From NCBI RefSeq assembly GCF_024521635.1, contig NW_026250407.1, positions 248,001 through 312,000 on the forward strand: a stretch of 64,000 bases of DNA, written 5' to 3'. Made by a program: the position numbers and the translations under genes. This DNA is from Tricharina praecox. Lineage: Eukaryota. A model generated the notes under the pieces. The model was not told the DNA's origin. It searched no databases and saw only the letters and a list, made by a program, of their open reading frames with translations. The stretch's first letter is position 1; each line of letters begins with the position of its first letter. This document shows, piece after piece, positions 11,801 through 24,978 of this stretch.

Positions 11801-12022
11801 CGGCGCAGAGGAGTCAGCGGACTTTGGACGCGATTCAGCGGGCGTAGAGAGATGATCGGAAGTGCCGGTGACGGGTTCCGGGATGCCGTTCGTCATGACC
11901 ATAGCTGGTACAGCGGGTGAAACCTCAACTTTGGATGCGAGAGCAGCTTTCGAAGAGCCCGACGCCAGAGCAGCCGCGTACGAGGTTGCAGTTTCAGACG
12001 CACCGAGGGCTCGTGTAGTCAT
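8837..12022 (-). CDS. La-related RNA-binding protein (LARP1/Sro9-Slf1 family) with La motif and DM15-like C-terminus
   Basis: ATG 12022; intron 11406-11320 (GTAAGT..GATAG) joins the two ORFs in frame. RGG boxes; La motif QINYYFSVDNLIKDIYLRKHMDNDGYVRLSFIMGFQRV; DM15-like LYKFWSHFLVKSFNRAMYREFKHFALQDA. Probable last in-frame intron 8926-8855. Confidence 0.9.
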
Positions 12023-15000
12023 TCTATCGCGAATCAAACTTGGGGGGTTTGTAGTGTGAGGTGAGTAAATGCGGAAGTCAGGTCTGAACTGTGGTTGAGC
12101 GAACAAAGTTCCGACCAGCCAGCAGCACCACTGAGTCGAGATGACAACAAAAGGTTTTGCCGATCAGAGTGCGGAAATGAACGAATCCTATTCTCGAGTG
12201 CCGACGAGGAACAGGCGACTTTTCGCGTTCAATGGGGTTCGGTGTGCGCGGGTAGCAAGCAGTGATTGCGACCGTGGCGAAGTTTGTCCAACGTACGGGT
12301 TGCAGCGGTATTCAGAGACGGACCGTTGTCGTTGTTACCGAGAGAGAACACGTTCGAAGGAGCGTGTACGGGTGTGTTGGAACGAGGTTGTTGGTAAGGA
12401 GGAGAGGGGGAGGGAGGAGAGGGGGGTGGAGGGAAGGAGGAGGATGAGGAGAGGAGGAGGGGTTGTGGTTTGTAACGGGAAACTTTAAACCACGATCTTT
12501 GAACGTCAGACGGAACAACGATCAGGGAAGCGTCGCAGTAGGGAGTGGGGTCGGAGAGGCGAGTGCGGAAGTGGAAAGGGTTTGGTGGGAAGGGCTCTTT
12601 GATGTGAGAGTGAATCTCTCGCTGTGTGTCCCTCTCTCTGTCACTCTCTCTCGCTTTCGCTGTAGCGGGGGTGGACCTGAAAAAAAGATTGTGGGATTAG
12701 CGGGATGATGCTGATGGGTGGTGGGGATTGGTTGGTGGGATGATGGGCGGCACATGAAAGTCCGGCGGAACTCTGGATAAAGCCGGAAGCAAAGCAATTG
12801 GCACTCACCGGCCCAAAGAAAATGGCAGCAGCAGGATACTTCGGTACGCCGCAGACAATGGCTACGGCTTCTTTATTTTGCTTTCGGATCAGCAATTGCT
12901 TGATTTCCTGTGTCTGCTCGGTCGCGTGTCGATGGTGGAAGGGGGGACGGGAGTAGTGACTGCTGGTTTTTTCTTTTTTTTTCTGGACAGGAGGACCGAC
13001 AGCCGCTTTGACTACCGACGGGAGAAGAAACGACCGCAAAAGCGTAGAGTGGGTTTTGCGTTAGTCGTCACGGCCGCCGAGGGCAACCGAATTGTGTTTG
13101 GCGACGGTAACGGGGCTTTTGAGGACTAAGCAAGCAAGGGCACGGCGCTGCAGCTGTAGGTGGTAGAGCAGCTGTGCTGTGGCGAGACAGGTAGCGGCCG
13201 GTGCGGCAGAGAGGATACCGTAGCTGGCGACGCAACGGAGACAGCGGGCGACAGCGGGTATGGGTAAGTACCGGTATGTGCAGGTGGGTATATATACGGG
13301 AGTGATATTGTTGTTGGGGGGGGGGGGTTGATATTGGAATCAACACCAGCCTACCAGCAGCGATGAAGAACGATGGGGAAGGCAGTGAGAAGTAGATGGA
13401 GATGGGGAGGGGGAAAGCAGGACGAATGGGAGGGCGGGGAACAGGACGAAGGTGGAGGAGGGGTAGTTAAGTTGGGAGACTGGGAAAGAAAGTTGAGAAA
13501 CTCAAAGTCCAGTTAGGTGTGGAGGGAGGAGATGGAAGAGGGGTTCGTATGCAGGCCGCGGATGGAGCCACAGAACAGAGCGACAAGTGGGGACAAACAA
13601 GACCATGCTGTATGTTTCTTCTTTGAATCCCTTCTTCTAGATCGAATCCTCCCCGCATATATGCAGCGACAGGGACCGCAATTCAGCCACAGACCATGAG
13701 CCACAGACCACAAGCCACATGTTACAAGCCACACGGATGCATGGCCAAACGGTGACAGCCGGAAAGACCGAGCACACTCGAGTACAAAACAAACAGGTCT
13801 GGAGCAGAAGACTCATACGTGCATGTATACGTCCTTACTTGGGCAGGTACTCACTCTCGTACATCCATCGCACCAAGTCAACACGATACCCGGCCAACTA
13901 GTACTGACCGTCCACGTAACGAACGAACGGATCCGGACGGCTACTCTAGAGTATTTGTTTGCTGGATTCGATGGCCTGCTCCGATTGATCGCCTCATCCT
14001 TTCCCAACGACTCTCACTTGATCGCTCAATCGTAACCATAGGGATTCTTAGCGCCGCCTGCTCGACTTTCCAGTCATCAACCATCACACATGTACGCCGG
14101 TGCCACTGCCCATGGCACAGGGTCCACTCGCACGTCGAACGGTACAAAGCGATCAGACAAATAACCTGCCCGTCGAACACGGAACGGACAGAATTGCAGA
14201 GCAAAAAAAGTCACTTGCGCGTACGATCACCCAACGCGATGTCGATGCTGCCAATCATACTATTTCGACCTTCCAGCCTTCCCTCCTTCCTTCCCTCCCT
14301 CCTTCCTTCCCTCCCTCCTTCCTTCCCTCCTTTCCTCTTTTCCACCTTGTTGTGGCGTCCGTCTGGTACTCTACTTCCCTCAGAAGCACAATTTCCTGCG
14401 AACCAAAGCCACCCATCGGATTCACCACACTCCCACTCGCTCGAAACCGTTCAACCAATCTTCGTCGCTATATCAGCCAATCGATGCCCCGACACCCACC
14501 GCCAACTCCCCTCTAGCCTTCAGGTACATACAGTGCTCAACAGGCACACACCCGTTTCCGCCCTCCTTACCGCAGCTGGGCATACATACTCCAGAGTATC
14601 TCCACCGATCTCGTTCCTCGCGCCGGCACGGTGAAGTGCAACGCACACACACGCACGCACGCACAACCTGGCCGCTGCAGGCGGGCACCCACATATAAAG
14701 ATGACCCGAATGGCTGCATATCCGAGGCATGTACATAGAGTAGAGTATGCACATAGGCACGGAGAACTCGCTACGGCCGCCCCGCGGTGATACACTATGA
14801 TCCCCCCGGTCCCTGCTTGCCGGCGACGATTCCGTACAACCGCCGAGTGTACAATACTGTGTGCCTAGGTGTGTGCTCCAGAGCCCAAAGTAACCGTTCG
14901 CCTGCCCGCTGGCTGCGTTCGTGAGCAATGACCCACCATTCCTTACTTACTTACGGTCTTACACAGCAGTGCGGTTCCAGACGAGGACGAGGACGTCTGC

Positions 15001-16985
15001 GCTCCCCGCTCTAGGTAGGAGCTTGGAAGTTGAGGTGGCTATTTACAGCCAATGGAAAGGAGCTGCGAACGCTCTCGCTGTCTTTGCTTTTACCGGCCCA
15101 AAACCCCGAGTGATTAATATGCAGCGCCTACACTCTACACTCTACGATATGCATGGCAGAGAATCCCGTTCCAGCTAGAGTAATATAAATAATAAATCCA
15201 CTCCGCATACTTGGTATGTACACGGTCCTGAGTACGCCCACTACCGTGACTGCATAGTACAGTATTGTAGGTACAGTACAGATCACCCACAAAACTACCT
15301 AGCAAGCCCCACAAAGTCGCGGCCGGACTCCAGACTCTCGAAATGCATAGGACCAATTACCCATCGAGCATTGCTTTTCGCCGCAAAATTGTTGAGTCCA
15401 ATCTGTAATGGTATAAAAAGTGTCCAGCCCTTTTGATCGAGAAAGAGAAAGAGAGGGAGAGTTAATTGTTGTTGCATACGGCCTGCTCCTACAGTACCTA
15501 GAGTACCGACCGTGTGCGTCGTCGCGCGGTGCAATTTTGTCGAGTGATATGTCCCTAGTCCTGGAAATGGTGAGGTGAGTGACTCCGCCGGTTCCCTCCG
15601 ATGGCATACTGTGTACAGCGCTGTGGGTGGTAGGTACCTAGTACTCGCCTGGACAATTCATCGAGGAACAAAAGCGTGCAGTATTCCTCCGGTACCTGTA
15701 CCACTCATGGGACCCCGCTCTGATACCGTACCGTATCAGTAGGATATAAAGAAACAATCATGATTGGGATGTTGCAGATGAACAACCTGTGTGCTCGCTA
15801 CTCAGCACCCCTCGTGTGCACTGTGCAATAGTCAGAGCCTGAGCCTGAGTCTGAGCCTGAGTCTGAGCCTTCTTCCGCCACAACGTATCACGACATATCA
15901 CTGGCTTCTCTTCCTGTAGGTACTCTGGGCAAGGCTCACGACGATAGGTATCGATTGCAAAACGCCCAGAAGGAAGCCTTGGGCTTCTAACCTACTGGTC
16001 TGGGTACTCTACGCTGAGCCTTTTCTCCACCAAGGAGATGGGGGAGTTGACGATACTGCCTGTATGACTGTCTGTCCACCTGTCTGCATGTATGCCTGTA
16101 TGCCTGTCTGCCTGTCTTCCTGTATTCCTGCCTGCCTGTTCGACTTTCCACAATTCCTTTCACACGCCAGAATAGAGTCAACTGTTGATATCGATTCGCC
16201 TATAAATTTCCTACGCATCGACCGCACTCACTGGGCTCGAAGCGAATGCCTCGAGTGTACTAGAAGGTAGGTATATCGATGCTGGCTGCGTCGAGACTCG
16301 AGATCAGTTGACTCGATTCAGGTTTCCCTCCATCACTCGCAGGATAGACTACAGTAAAGGGGTCATTAGGTACAAATGTACAAGCCTCGCACTAGGTACT
16401 TGCTCGTACTTATTGAATTGTTCGAACATGATTTGTATGTCTCTAGGTAGTTATCCCAAACGTGGAATCAATGGAGGATGTAGTTATCCTAGACATGGCA
16501 TCAATGGAGGATGTATCGGTATTCCCTGCCGGTTGACTGTTGGGGGATGAGTACAATTATGCTGGCCTTGTTACGAAGTTGACTGAAGGAACCTCCCCCA
16601 CCAACCCTAGATCTATGAACCCCGCGTCTACTATCTACCACCGTGAATCATCGCTTGGGTCCTATCCAGCTATCCAGTGCGTTGCCGCCTTGTACCGTAG
16701 TCGTAACCCTACCCGCGTCAATGACTCAGTGGTACAGTAACAAAAATATGGGGGTTTCTCATGCTACAGTAAGACCGCTGGTGGGGAATAGCGGTAATGC
16801 AGCTGGCTTGTATGTAATCGTGCCACTGGAAAAAACTTAGATTGTACACGGTCTGATTTGTGGGCAAAGCTAGCTTATTACTGGTTTCAATTGAATCGGC
16901 AGTGAAGTCAAAGTCGGCATACCGATGCAGGCAGTAATGAAGTGAGCTTTGGGACAAGCTAAGGTTTAATGCCAATACAGTGAGC

Positions 16986-17942
16986 TTACAGCGGCATTCT
17001 TACGGACTTTAAAACAAAGCCCACGTGAGCATAAAACTAGAGTGGTGATAATACATTATGCCAGTACATTCACCACAGGGGTCTACTCCACTAGAGACAT
17101 TATCCGGGCAAAAAACAAAGTGTTCTATATTGCATTCATAAGAAGTGAACAATAAAAGGATTCCACCACCATTTGCCATCTTCCCTCGCTACAAAATGCA
17201 AATTCATTGGATCAACGTCTTCTAAGTTTAAGACAGAAAGAACCTTCTCATCCGGCTCTTTATAGACATTGTAAGGTGCAACCAGTGTCTCGCAGTGGAT
17301 GGCACGCTGGAGGCACTGTACGAGGAAGAAACACCGAAAGGCTGAGCCGTACTGCAGTGTGGCGATACGGAGCAGTCGGAAAAAAGAACGCTTGAGATTT
17401 TGGTTGTGGTCAGGGCCAGAGACAGATATGAATCCACCTACTGCAAAACTCATCTGGCGTGTGTGTTGTAAGTCATTCGCCTCAGCTTATGTACTCATAC
17501 CTTCATACTCAGCGATCCTATCTCCTTGTGGTGTGGGGGAGCTGTTTGGGGAGGTGTCAGCAAGAGGAGGAAGTGAAGGAGGACTGCTGTCAGTGGGAGA
17601 AGACGGATGTGGTTAGTAGAGGGAACCAACGTTGGCGGGCATGGCGGGCATAGTGGGGTTGTATGCTCTCTTAGCCATCTGCCCCTTCTTCCTTTTCTTC
17701 TTTTTCTTCTCCTACAACTCCTTCTCCCCCCACAACTCCTCCTCCACCCACCCACAACTCCTCCTCCACCCACAACTCCTCCTCCCCCGCAACTCCCCCC
17801 TGCGACTCTCCCCCCCCCCCACAACTGCTATTCCCATTCTCGTCGCAACTGCTACTCCCGACGCCACTGCTACTCCTGTTGCAACTGCTGTTCACCCTCC
17901 CGCCGCAATTCTAATCCTGCTGCATCTCCCACTCCTGCTGCA

Positions 17943-18015
<73 letters not shown>

Positions 18016-19021
18016 GCGCTGATAGCTGTTTTCTCATATAGCTTCCACCCCCGCCGCAACAGTTACTGCAACTCCCGCCGCAACATCTACTCCCACCGAA
18101 ACTGCTACTCTCGCTGATGCTTCTCAGTCTCATGACTTTTCTCGCCGCAATTGTACTCGCCGCAGTTGTACCCTCGCTGCCACATTATTCTCGCCGTAAG
18201 TATATTCTTACCGCACTCCTCCTTTTCCGGAGAGGTTCTCTAGGCTCTGGCTGATAGCTCCTGTCTCTTATAACTACTCCCGCCGCAACTGCTACAACTA
18301 CTTCCGCTGATAGCTGTTTTCTCCTATAAGCTCCTACTCCCGCCACAACTACTATTCCCCCTCCCGCTGCAGCTCTTACTCTCGTCTCGCTGGCAGCTTC
18401 TCGCCGCTGACAGGTCTTCCCTCCCACTGATAGTTCTTTTAGCAGACAACCCTTTCACGCTGATAGCTCTCCCTCTTGCTTACAGCTCCTCCACATGACG
18501 GTAGTACTTTCCCCCGCCTGCTGTCCATAATTTGACTGCCGGGAGCAGATAGTAAATCCAGCCTCCTGAAAACTTCGCACTGTACAAGTTATTCCATCCC
18601 ATTCACATTACGCACTGGCCTAACTTCTCGTGATATAGCCAGGAGTGTTGGATCAACTTCTTCTGTTATGTGCGTAGGTAAGCCGGGTTGAATGTGATCG
18701 AAAGAAGTACCATTGACAGAGGGATATGGGATTATATTGATATGCGGGGATAGCATATGGCAGTAGATAGATAATAGATGATCTGACAGTAACCCAAGAA
18801 CCGTATCCAAGAGCCCAAGTAAAGAATTTCAATCCCGCATTTCCCTATGATGCGCTTTTGCTGCCATGCAGCAGTTTCTCACATACAGACTAGATGCGGC
18901 TTTTTTAACAATGCTGATTCCTGGGAGGATGGATATAAAATGAAATCTACTGTTCAGCTGCATGAAGGCCGACATGACCTAACACCGCTTTTATATAAAG
19001 TCAGTAAGAATGCCGCTGTAA
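16986..19021 (-). mobile_element. Degenerate ~2 kb element bounded by 26-bp inverted repeats, carrying a C-to-T-decayed Q/E/R-rich coding remnant
   Basis: TTACAGCGGCATTCTTACGGACTTTA (16986-17011) matches the reverse complement of 18996-19021 at 25/26; a third degenerate copy lies at 19161-19186. The minus strand reads as E-Q-L-R-R-E repeats broken by TAG/TAA codons. Protein-like fragments at 17136-17453 and 18589-18810. Confidence 0.6.
17944..18012. repeat. (CTA)23 microsatellite, (TAG)23 on the minus strand
   Basis: Perfect trinucleotide run read directly. Confidence 0.97.
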
Positions 19022-21234
19022 AACCGCAATGAATAGAAGCTCTGCTTTTTCTGAGGGCGCATATATTTATCAATGCGGGTAAATTTTGAATATTTTACTT
19101 AAAACTATCGGGTTTAAAATCCGTTTAGCCAGGAAACTAACAGTGTTGACGATTACTAAATTACAGCGGCCTTACTACTGACTTTATTATCCCTATTTTT
19201 TTTGTCACATGTATGTACTCACTGGCATATACTCACTGGTATGTATACCTATTCTCCCTGTACCATTGCCACAATACCTCGAATTCCTTGCGAGTGAAAC
19301 CGAAACCGAAAATGCAAATACTTTTTCGTTCCTGGGGGGTTATGTACTAGGAGATCTCCCGACGCTTGTACATTGCATGACGCCTGTACATTGCATGACG
19401 CCTTTCCACCGCCCGGCGCCCGCACGGCCGTGGGGCCGCGCCTCCATTCGCGCAGTCCACACTCCGCACTTCAACCCGAGGCGCCCGTTGCCGCATACCT
19501 ACTGCGGTCCGCGGCGGTAAACCCCGCGTCTATAGTATACATACCCAGGTAACTACGCCCCGCATCAGCCCTGCCCAGTCAGTTCTGTGGACACTGGACA
19601 CCAGATCTCAGGCACTGTCCAGCGCTGACCCTGGTCAACGACCTACCAGGTAGGCACGAGTGCAGTGCTCGTGTTCCATTTGTTCCATTTGTTGGTTGTT
19701 TACCGAGCGCGCACAGCGTATCGGCGTGCTTCCCCCCTCCCCCCTCCCCCTCCTGCTTCCCCAAGCCTCCTGTTCCGCCTGCTCCTGCCCCTCCTCCTGC
19801 CCTTCCTCCTGCCCCTCCTCCTGCCCCTCCTCCTGCCCCTCCTCCTCCTCCTGCGCGTTCGGTACCTACCTGACACTGACATCGACATCGACATGGTTGG
19901 TTGGTTGGTGGCCCTCCTCGCGACCCAGAAACCTAGACCCAGAGTAGAGTCTTCGCTTCCCATCGCCCATCGCCTGTCGTCTGCACGCATGCTGCAGTAC
20001 AGCCCCATGCGTGCGTTCGTGCGTGCGCATGCATGGGATGGCAGGATCATAAATCCACACATAACTCGTTTCGTTTCGTGCTTAACGAACCTATCGCTTG
20101 CATTCCTGTTCCTTCTCTTGCGGGGATGGAGGGAGGGATGGGAGGGGCTGATGACGATTGCTCATTTCGTGCTCAGCACAGCCTTGTTCAGTGTTCACAG
20201 CAGGGCGGCTGGCTGACTGGATTGCCGGGGATGGTGACACATGGCGTGTGTGTCATACTTGAAGGTGGATGATGGATGATCGTGCAAACGCCAGTGATAT
20301 CAACTATGTCAGCGTCGACGTCGACGTCGACTGGTGTGCCCCCCATCCCCGACGAGACGAGACGAGCTCGAGCACGATCGAGCTTGAATTATCAGGACGG
20401 GCTCGATTCGACAAGGTGTTTGCACGCATGTTGTGCGATGGAAGGTTTCGGCACCAGTATGCACCTACCATGCTCCTATGGTCCTATCGATGATGGACGG
20501 CGGGAGCCCGGTACGGCACCCTGTTGACTGTTGACCGTGTTGCTCACATCGTCGGGTTCGGGGTTCGTAGTCCTGGACACACCCCCGAACGCACACCCGG
20601 CTGTCACATCTCATAAGAAGAGATCATGGACTTGCGCTCGAACATTCCAAACTCTGCGACATCTACTACTAGTAACTGGTATGACTGAGAAACAAGTTGA
20701 AACAACGGCCTACCTAGGCACCTAGGCACCTACTCGTGTGTGCATACCGCGGAAACAGTGAGATATTCCGACCCAGGAGACCTGATCCCAAAAACCAAAC
20801 CCATTCGTTCCGCTGCGCCAATACTCCCCGGGGAATGTACAAGCCACCGTCGACGGCAGCACTTCCGAGCCCGAACGCGCAGGACCAGGTCAGGCCAAAC
20901 CCCGGAGCATCCGATGGTCAACAGTCAACAGTCAACATGAGCCTTCCAAGTTCCGGCGCACGAAGCAGCCCACCACACGATTATTCGCCAAAGATACCTT
21001 CGAGCATACCTGTTTCTGTTTCTGTTTCTGTTTCACCGCAGCTCCGCAGGTCCGCTCACCATAGATATGTATCTCGAGACTCGAGACTCGCGCTCCTGGA
21101 GTTTCGAGTCTTTGGGGAGTCATTCATGATTCGTGGGCGCGGGTGACTGTGACGGTGACGGTGACGGTGATGGTGATGGTGATGGGGGCGCCGTCTGCGC
21201 ACGTTGAAACTTAGAACTTAGAACTACCTACTGC

Positions 21235-21287
21235 TGCGACTCTGCGACTCTGCGACTCTGCGACTCTGCGACTCTGAGACTCTGCGA
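21235..21287. repeat. 8-bp tandem repeat (CTCTGCGA)n
   Basis: ctgcgactctgcgactctgcgact..., about 6 units, read directly. Confidence 0.85.
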
Positions 21288-24200
21288 GGTGCAGCATCGA
21301 TCACAGGATACATTTTTTTTCTCCGGGCTGCGGGCGAGCGAGGCGATAGATGCGATGCGAGTACGGTACGGTGCCGGTAGTTGGGTGGGTGGTCTGTGCG
21401 CTTGATAGGTGTTGACGATTTCAAGTCTTGTGTGTATTTAGGAGGTATGAATGTAGCACCTACATACAAACCTGAAATATGGGCTCTTCGGTAGCTCTTC
21501 TTATCGCCAGCCTGCTCCTCAGCAGTAGGGGGGACAAGCCCATGAGACTTTACTCAGGGCTGGTGCTGGCGGTTTGAACGTAGAGAAGTGAGCTTAGGAT
21601 GGTCCCGACGCAAGATGTCGAAGGAGCGACACCGAGATATCTATCTTCAAGCTCCTGTACTCCAGCTGCGGAGAGTCTACGCCAGTGTTGATCCACTATG
21701 GTATCGTCCCCATACCTCCAAGAAACACTGTCTAGTTTCCCCACCGTATAGTATCCGGTTTCGCCGTCCGCGGAGCTTACGTATATCCCCCTGTGATACC
21801 GGAGGTATCACATTCAGCATCACAGCCCGTCACCCAGCCTCTTCCGACTACTCCGGCTCCTCCAGATCCAGTGGTTGTCCTCGCCATTAGATAATAAAAT
21901 CCTCCTAGCGCACTTCTTTAGCAAATATTAGTGCAGATCCGTGCTGCTTTCGAGTGACCTTATCGACTTATCGACATATATCGCGACAGCTGATGATGTC
22001 GCATGAGGCCACCCATGTATGTGTGTAGAGTAGTAGAGTGGTCGCTCTATCCATGGACTACATACGACTACGTACCTACAGCCCCGTCTCGGCGGGCCCA
22101 GCAACAGCTCCAGATCCACCCTCATACTCACCTGATGATAATGGTGATGATGATGGTGGATTCCGCAGCTCCAACGGTTCCCCATCCCCGGGTTCGGTTC
22201 GGACGGCGGCGGATGCGGATGATGTAGGTAAGTACGAGGTGGGTATCCCATCGAATCGACATTTGTACATTTATACATATGCGGAGTCTGGGCGCATTCC
22301 AAGCCCGCTGGGTGCCCAACGGTATCCGGTGGGCATGTATGTATGTGGAGTACCTACTAGTAATGTAATGTAAGTATGTTGCGCTTCGATAATCGGCGGC
22401 AAGGATATCGATATCTCCGGGCACTTAGCACCGCGCGTCTACCCACTACTGAGCGATCCTCCATCCCCCAGTTCGCAGTCCCCCCAGTTCGCAGCGCAGC
22501 GTGGGGGCGCAAACTCGCAGCCAAAGCGCAGCCTTCCTCGACTCCCTCAAAACACATATACACTCTAGGAATGTATCTAAACCCCAGCCTTGGAAAGCGC
22601 CCACACGCACGCACTCACGCATGTAACTACGCCGCACGCACGCAAATCTCCGGTACGGACGCACGCACACCTGGGATGCGAATGGATATGGGGATGGGAG
22701 GAGGGATGGGAGGAGGAGGGATGGAGGGAGGGAATCGATGGTTGCGACTCTGGTTGGACACCCCTGGGCGCACCCATGCGACGCGGGGAAGGGAGGGGGG
22801 AGGATCATAGTGATTACCTTCTATCACTTCCCTCCCCTCCAAGGCTGCTACGTGCGTCAGAGCTCACCTCACCTCACCTCACCTCAGCCTCCCCCCCCCG
22901 GGAACGAGAGCGAATGGGAGGAGGAGTGGTGGGAGTGGAGTGGTCATTCGTACCTGCCGATACCAATCTACAGACCTACAGACCTACCTACATACAGAGC
23001 TACATACGGCCGCCGCCGCGGCGTGCATGACGAGTCGACTCCTACATACTCCCCCATCCACCACACCCCCCCCCCCCCTACCCGGAAGACGACGGACAGG
23101 ACAGCCTTGACGGTATCTCCATACACACACACACATACATACACATTTAGTTATGCAAGTCACCTCAAACAGACAGACATACAGCCATACAGACAGCCAT
23201 ACGGTACAGACTTGGGACTGGACTGCATTGCATGCGTCATGCACGCACGCACGCCCAGAGTACTCTAGCATACCTACTCTAGCATCACATAGAGCTTGCC
23301 ACACCATGCCTTACCTGCTCTTTTCTATCGTTTCCATCGTAAATCCCCCCATTATTCATTATTCGGCATTTCCATTTCCACCGTAAGTCGATATTTTTTT
23401 TAATTATCCGTTCCGAATTTCCTTCCCGGCGTGTGGAGGGGAGGGGAGGCGCGGATGCAGAAAAACAAAAACAATAACCAAGTATGGAGAGCTCTCCAGA
23501 CCGGCGGAAATATCCGAACCCCCCCCTCAAAATCCTCCACCCCCAACCAACCCTCGACCCCGGTCCCGTATGTAGGATGTAGGGGCGGATGAACTTCCCT
23601 TCCCTTCCCCATTCTAATCTCGTCCGATCGTTTGTGCCTTGCGTTGAGTAGAGTGGTGTAGAGTAGAGGGAAGAGTAAATGAGCATCGCGGGCTCACCCC
23701 CCACCACCCGCCCCCACCTACCTCCCACCCACCACTCAACGACCCGCCCGCCGTATGACCGTGTGGCCGTATTGGGAGGCTCGATGCGGCTGATATAGAG
23801 CTGGTACGGTAGAGTAGAGTAGGAAGTAGCAGAACACAACGGCAATGACTGTGTCTACCGCGCCAGACGACTCGCGAGTCGCGCTTGCACACCCTCTTAC
23901 CTTCTACATACCTGCCCATGTACTCGTACTCTCCATACATATGGTAACCAACTAGAGTACTAACTAACTAGCACCCTGGGCCCGGCCTGGGCTGCACTGC
24001 TGCAGGCCCCAGGGTCGATCGCTACATAAGTGGTATGGAAGTTAAGGTGGTGAGGTGGGTGGTGAGGTGAGGTGGCGAGTGGTGAGGTGGTGAGTGGTGA
24101 GTGGTGAGGTGGTGAGGTCATCGTGCAGCAGCGCCGGTACTCGGGTTCGGGCTCGGGCTCGGGGCTGGTCTGGACGAAGTCGTGGTATCGTGGTATTGTG

Positions 24201-24854
24201 ATTGGTAGGTATCGGTCTGGAGTCTGGATGAGGTCCGTCAACAAATCTCCGCTTAACTACTGCACGGCGGCGGCGGTGGAGGCGGTGGTGGAGGCGAGAG
24301 AGCGAGTTGGTGTACGGTACTCTACTACGCCGTACGGTATATTCTACTAATAGTAGATAATAGTAGAGTTGGTTGGTTGCCTCATCCTACCGGTACTCCA
24401 AGGGCCTACCCTATCCGACCCACCCACCTTGCTTATACAACCTACACCGATTGTCCAGGTAAGTATAAATTTACGAGTAGTAGTGGCCGTCAGTGGCCGT
24501 CGACTCGAACTGCCGCGAACTGTCGTCCGATCTCGAGCTCGAGCTTGATCCCGAGCCAGTGGGCGTGCAACTGTGCATGTGTGCATGTGTGCATAAGTAC
24601 CCATCGTATGGTGTGTGTATCATGTACCATCGACTCTACCCACCTACAGACCACGGCCGCTCCAGAATCCAGGTCTTGAGTGAGCTCGCCGGCTGGCCGC
24701 CGAGTACGGTACCGGTACCTACCCAGGTGTCTGGCAGTGGACACAACCTGGGTGCAGCGGCCGGCCGGCCAGCCGTGCTTTCGTTGACTCCGGTATGGTC
24801 TTATCTAGTCTTGCCTGGGGCCTTGTAGTAGGTATCCGGTAGGAACTTGGGTAC

Positions 24855-24978
24855 ACAGCTCTACAGCTCTCACAGCTCTCACAGCTCTCACAGCTCCACA
24901 GCTCCACAGCTCCACAGCTCCATAGCTCTACCGCTCCACGGCTCCACTCCATAGCTCCACTCCATAGCTCCTCCAGCT
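24855..24978. repeat. Degenerate 8-10-bp tandem repeat (CACAGCTC)n
   Basis: acagctctcacagctctcacagctccacagctcc... read directly. Confidence 0.85.

Noticed and set aside
13819..14634. 271-aa plus-strand ORF
   Set aside because: Non-ATG start, crosses a (CCTT)n tract, no motif.
17607..18133. Poly-Thr, poly-Leu and poly-Val ORFs resembling mucin or membrane proteins
   Set aside because: Readings of the (CTA)n run and surrounding repeats in stop-free frames.
20145..20220. TGATGA..CTGA pair resembling a C/D snoRNA
   Set aside because: No terminal stem and no rRNA-complementary guide that I could recognise.
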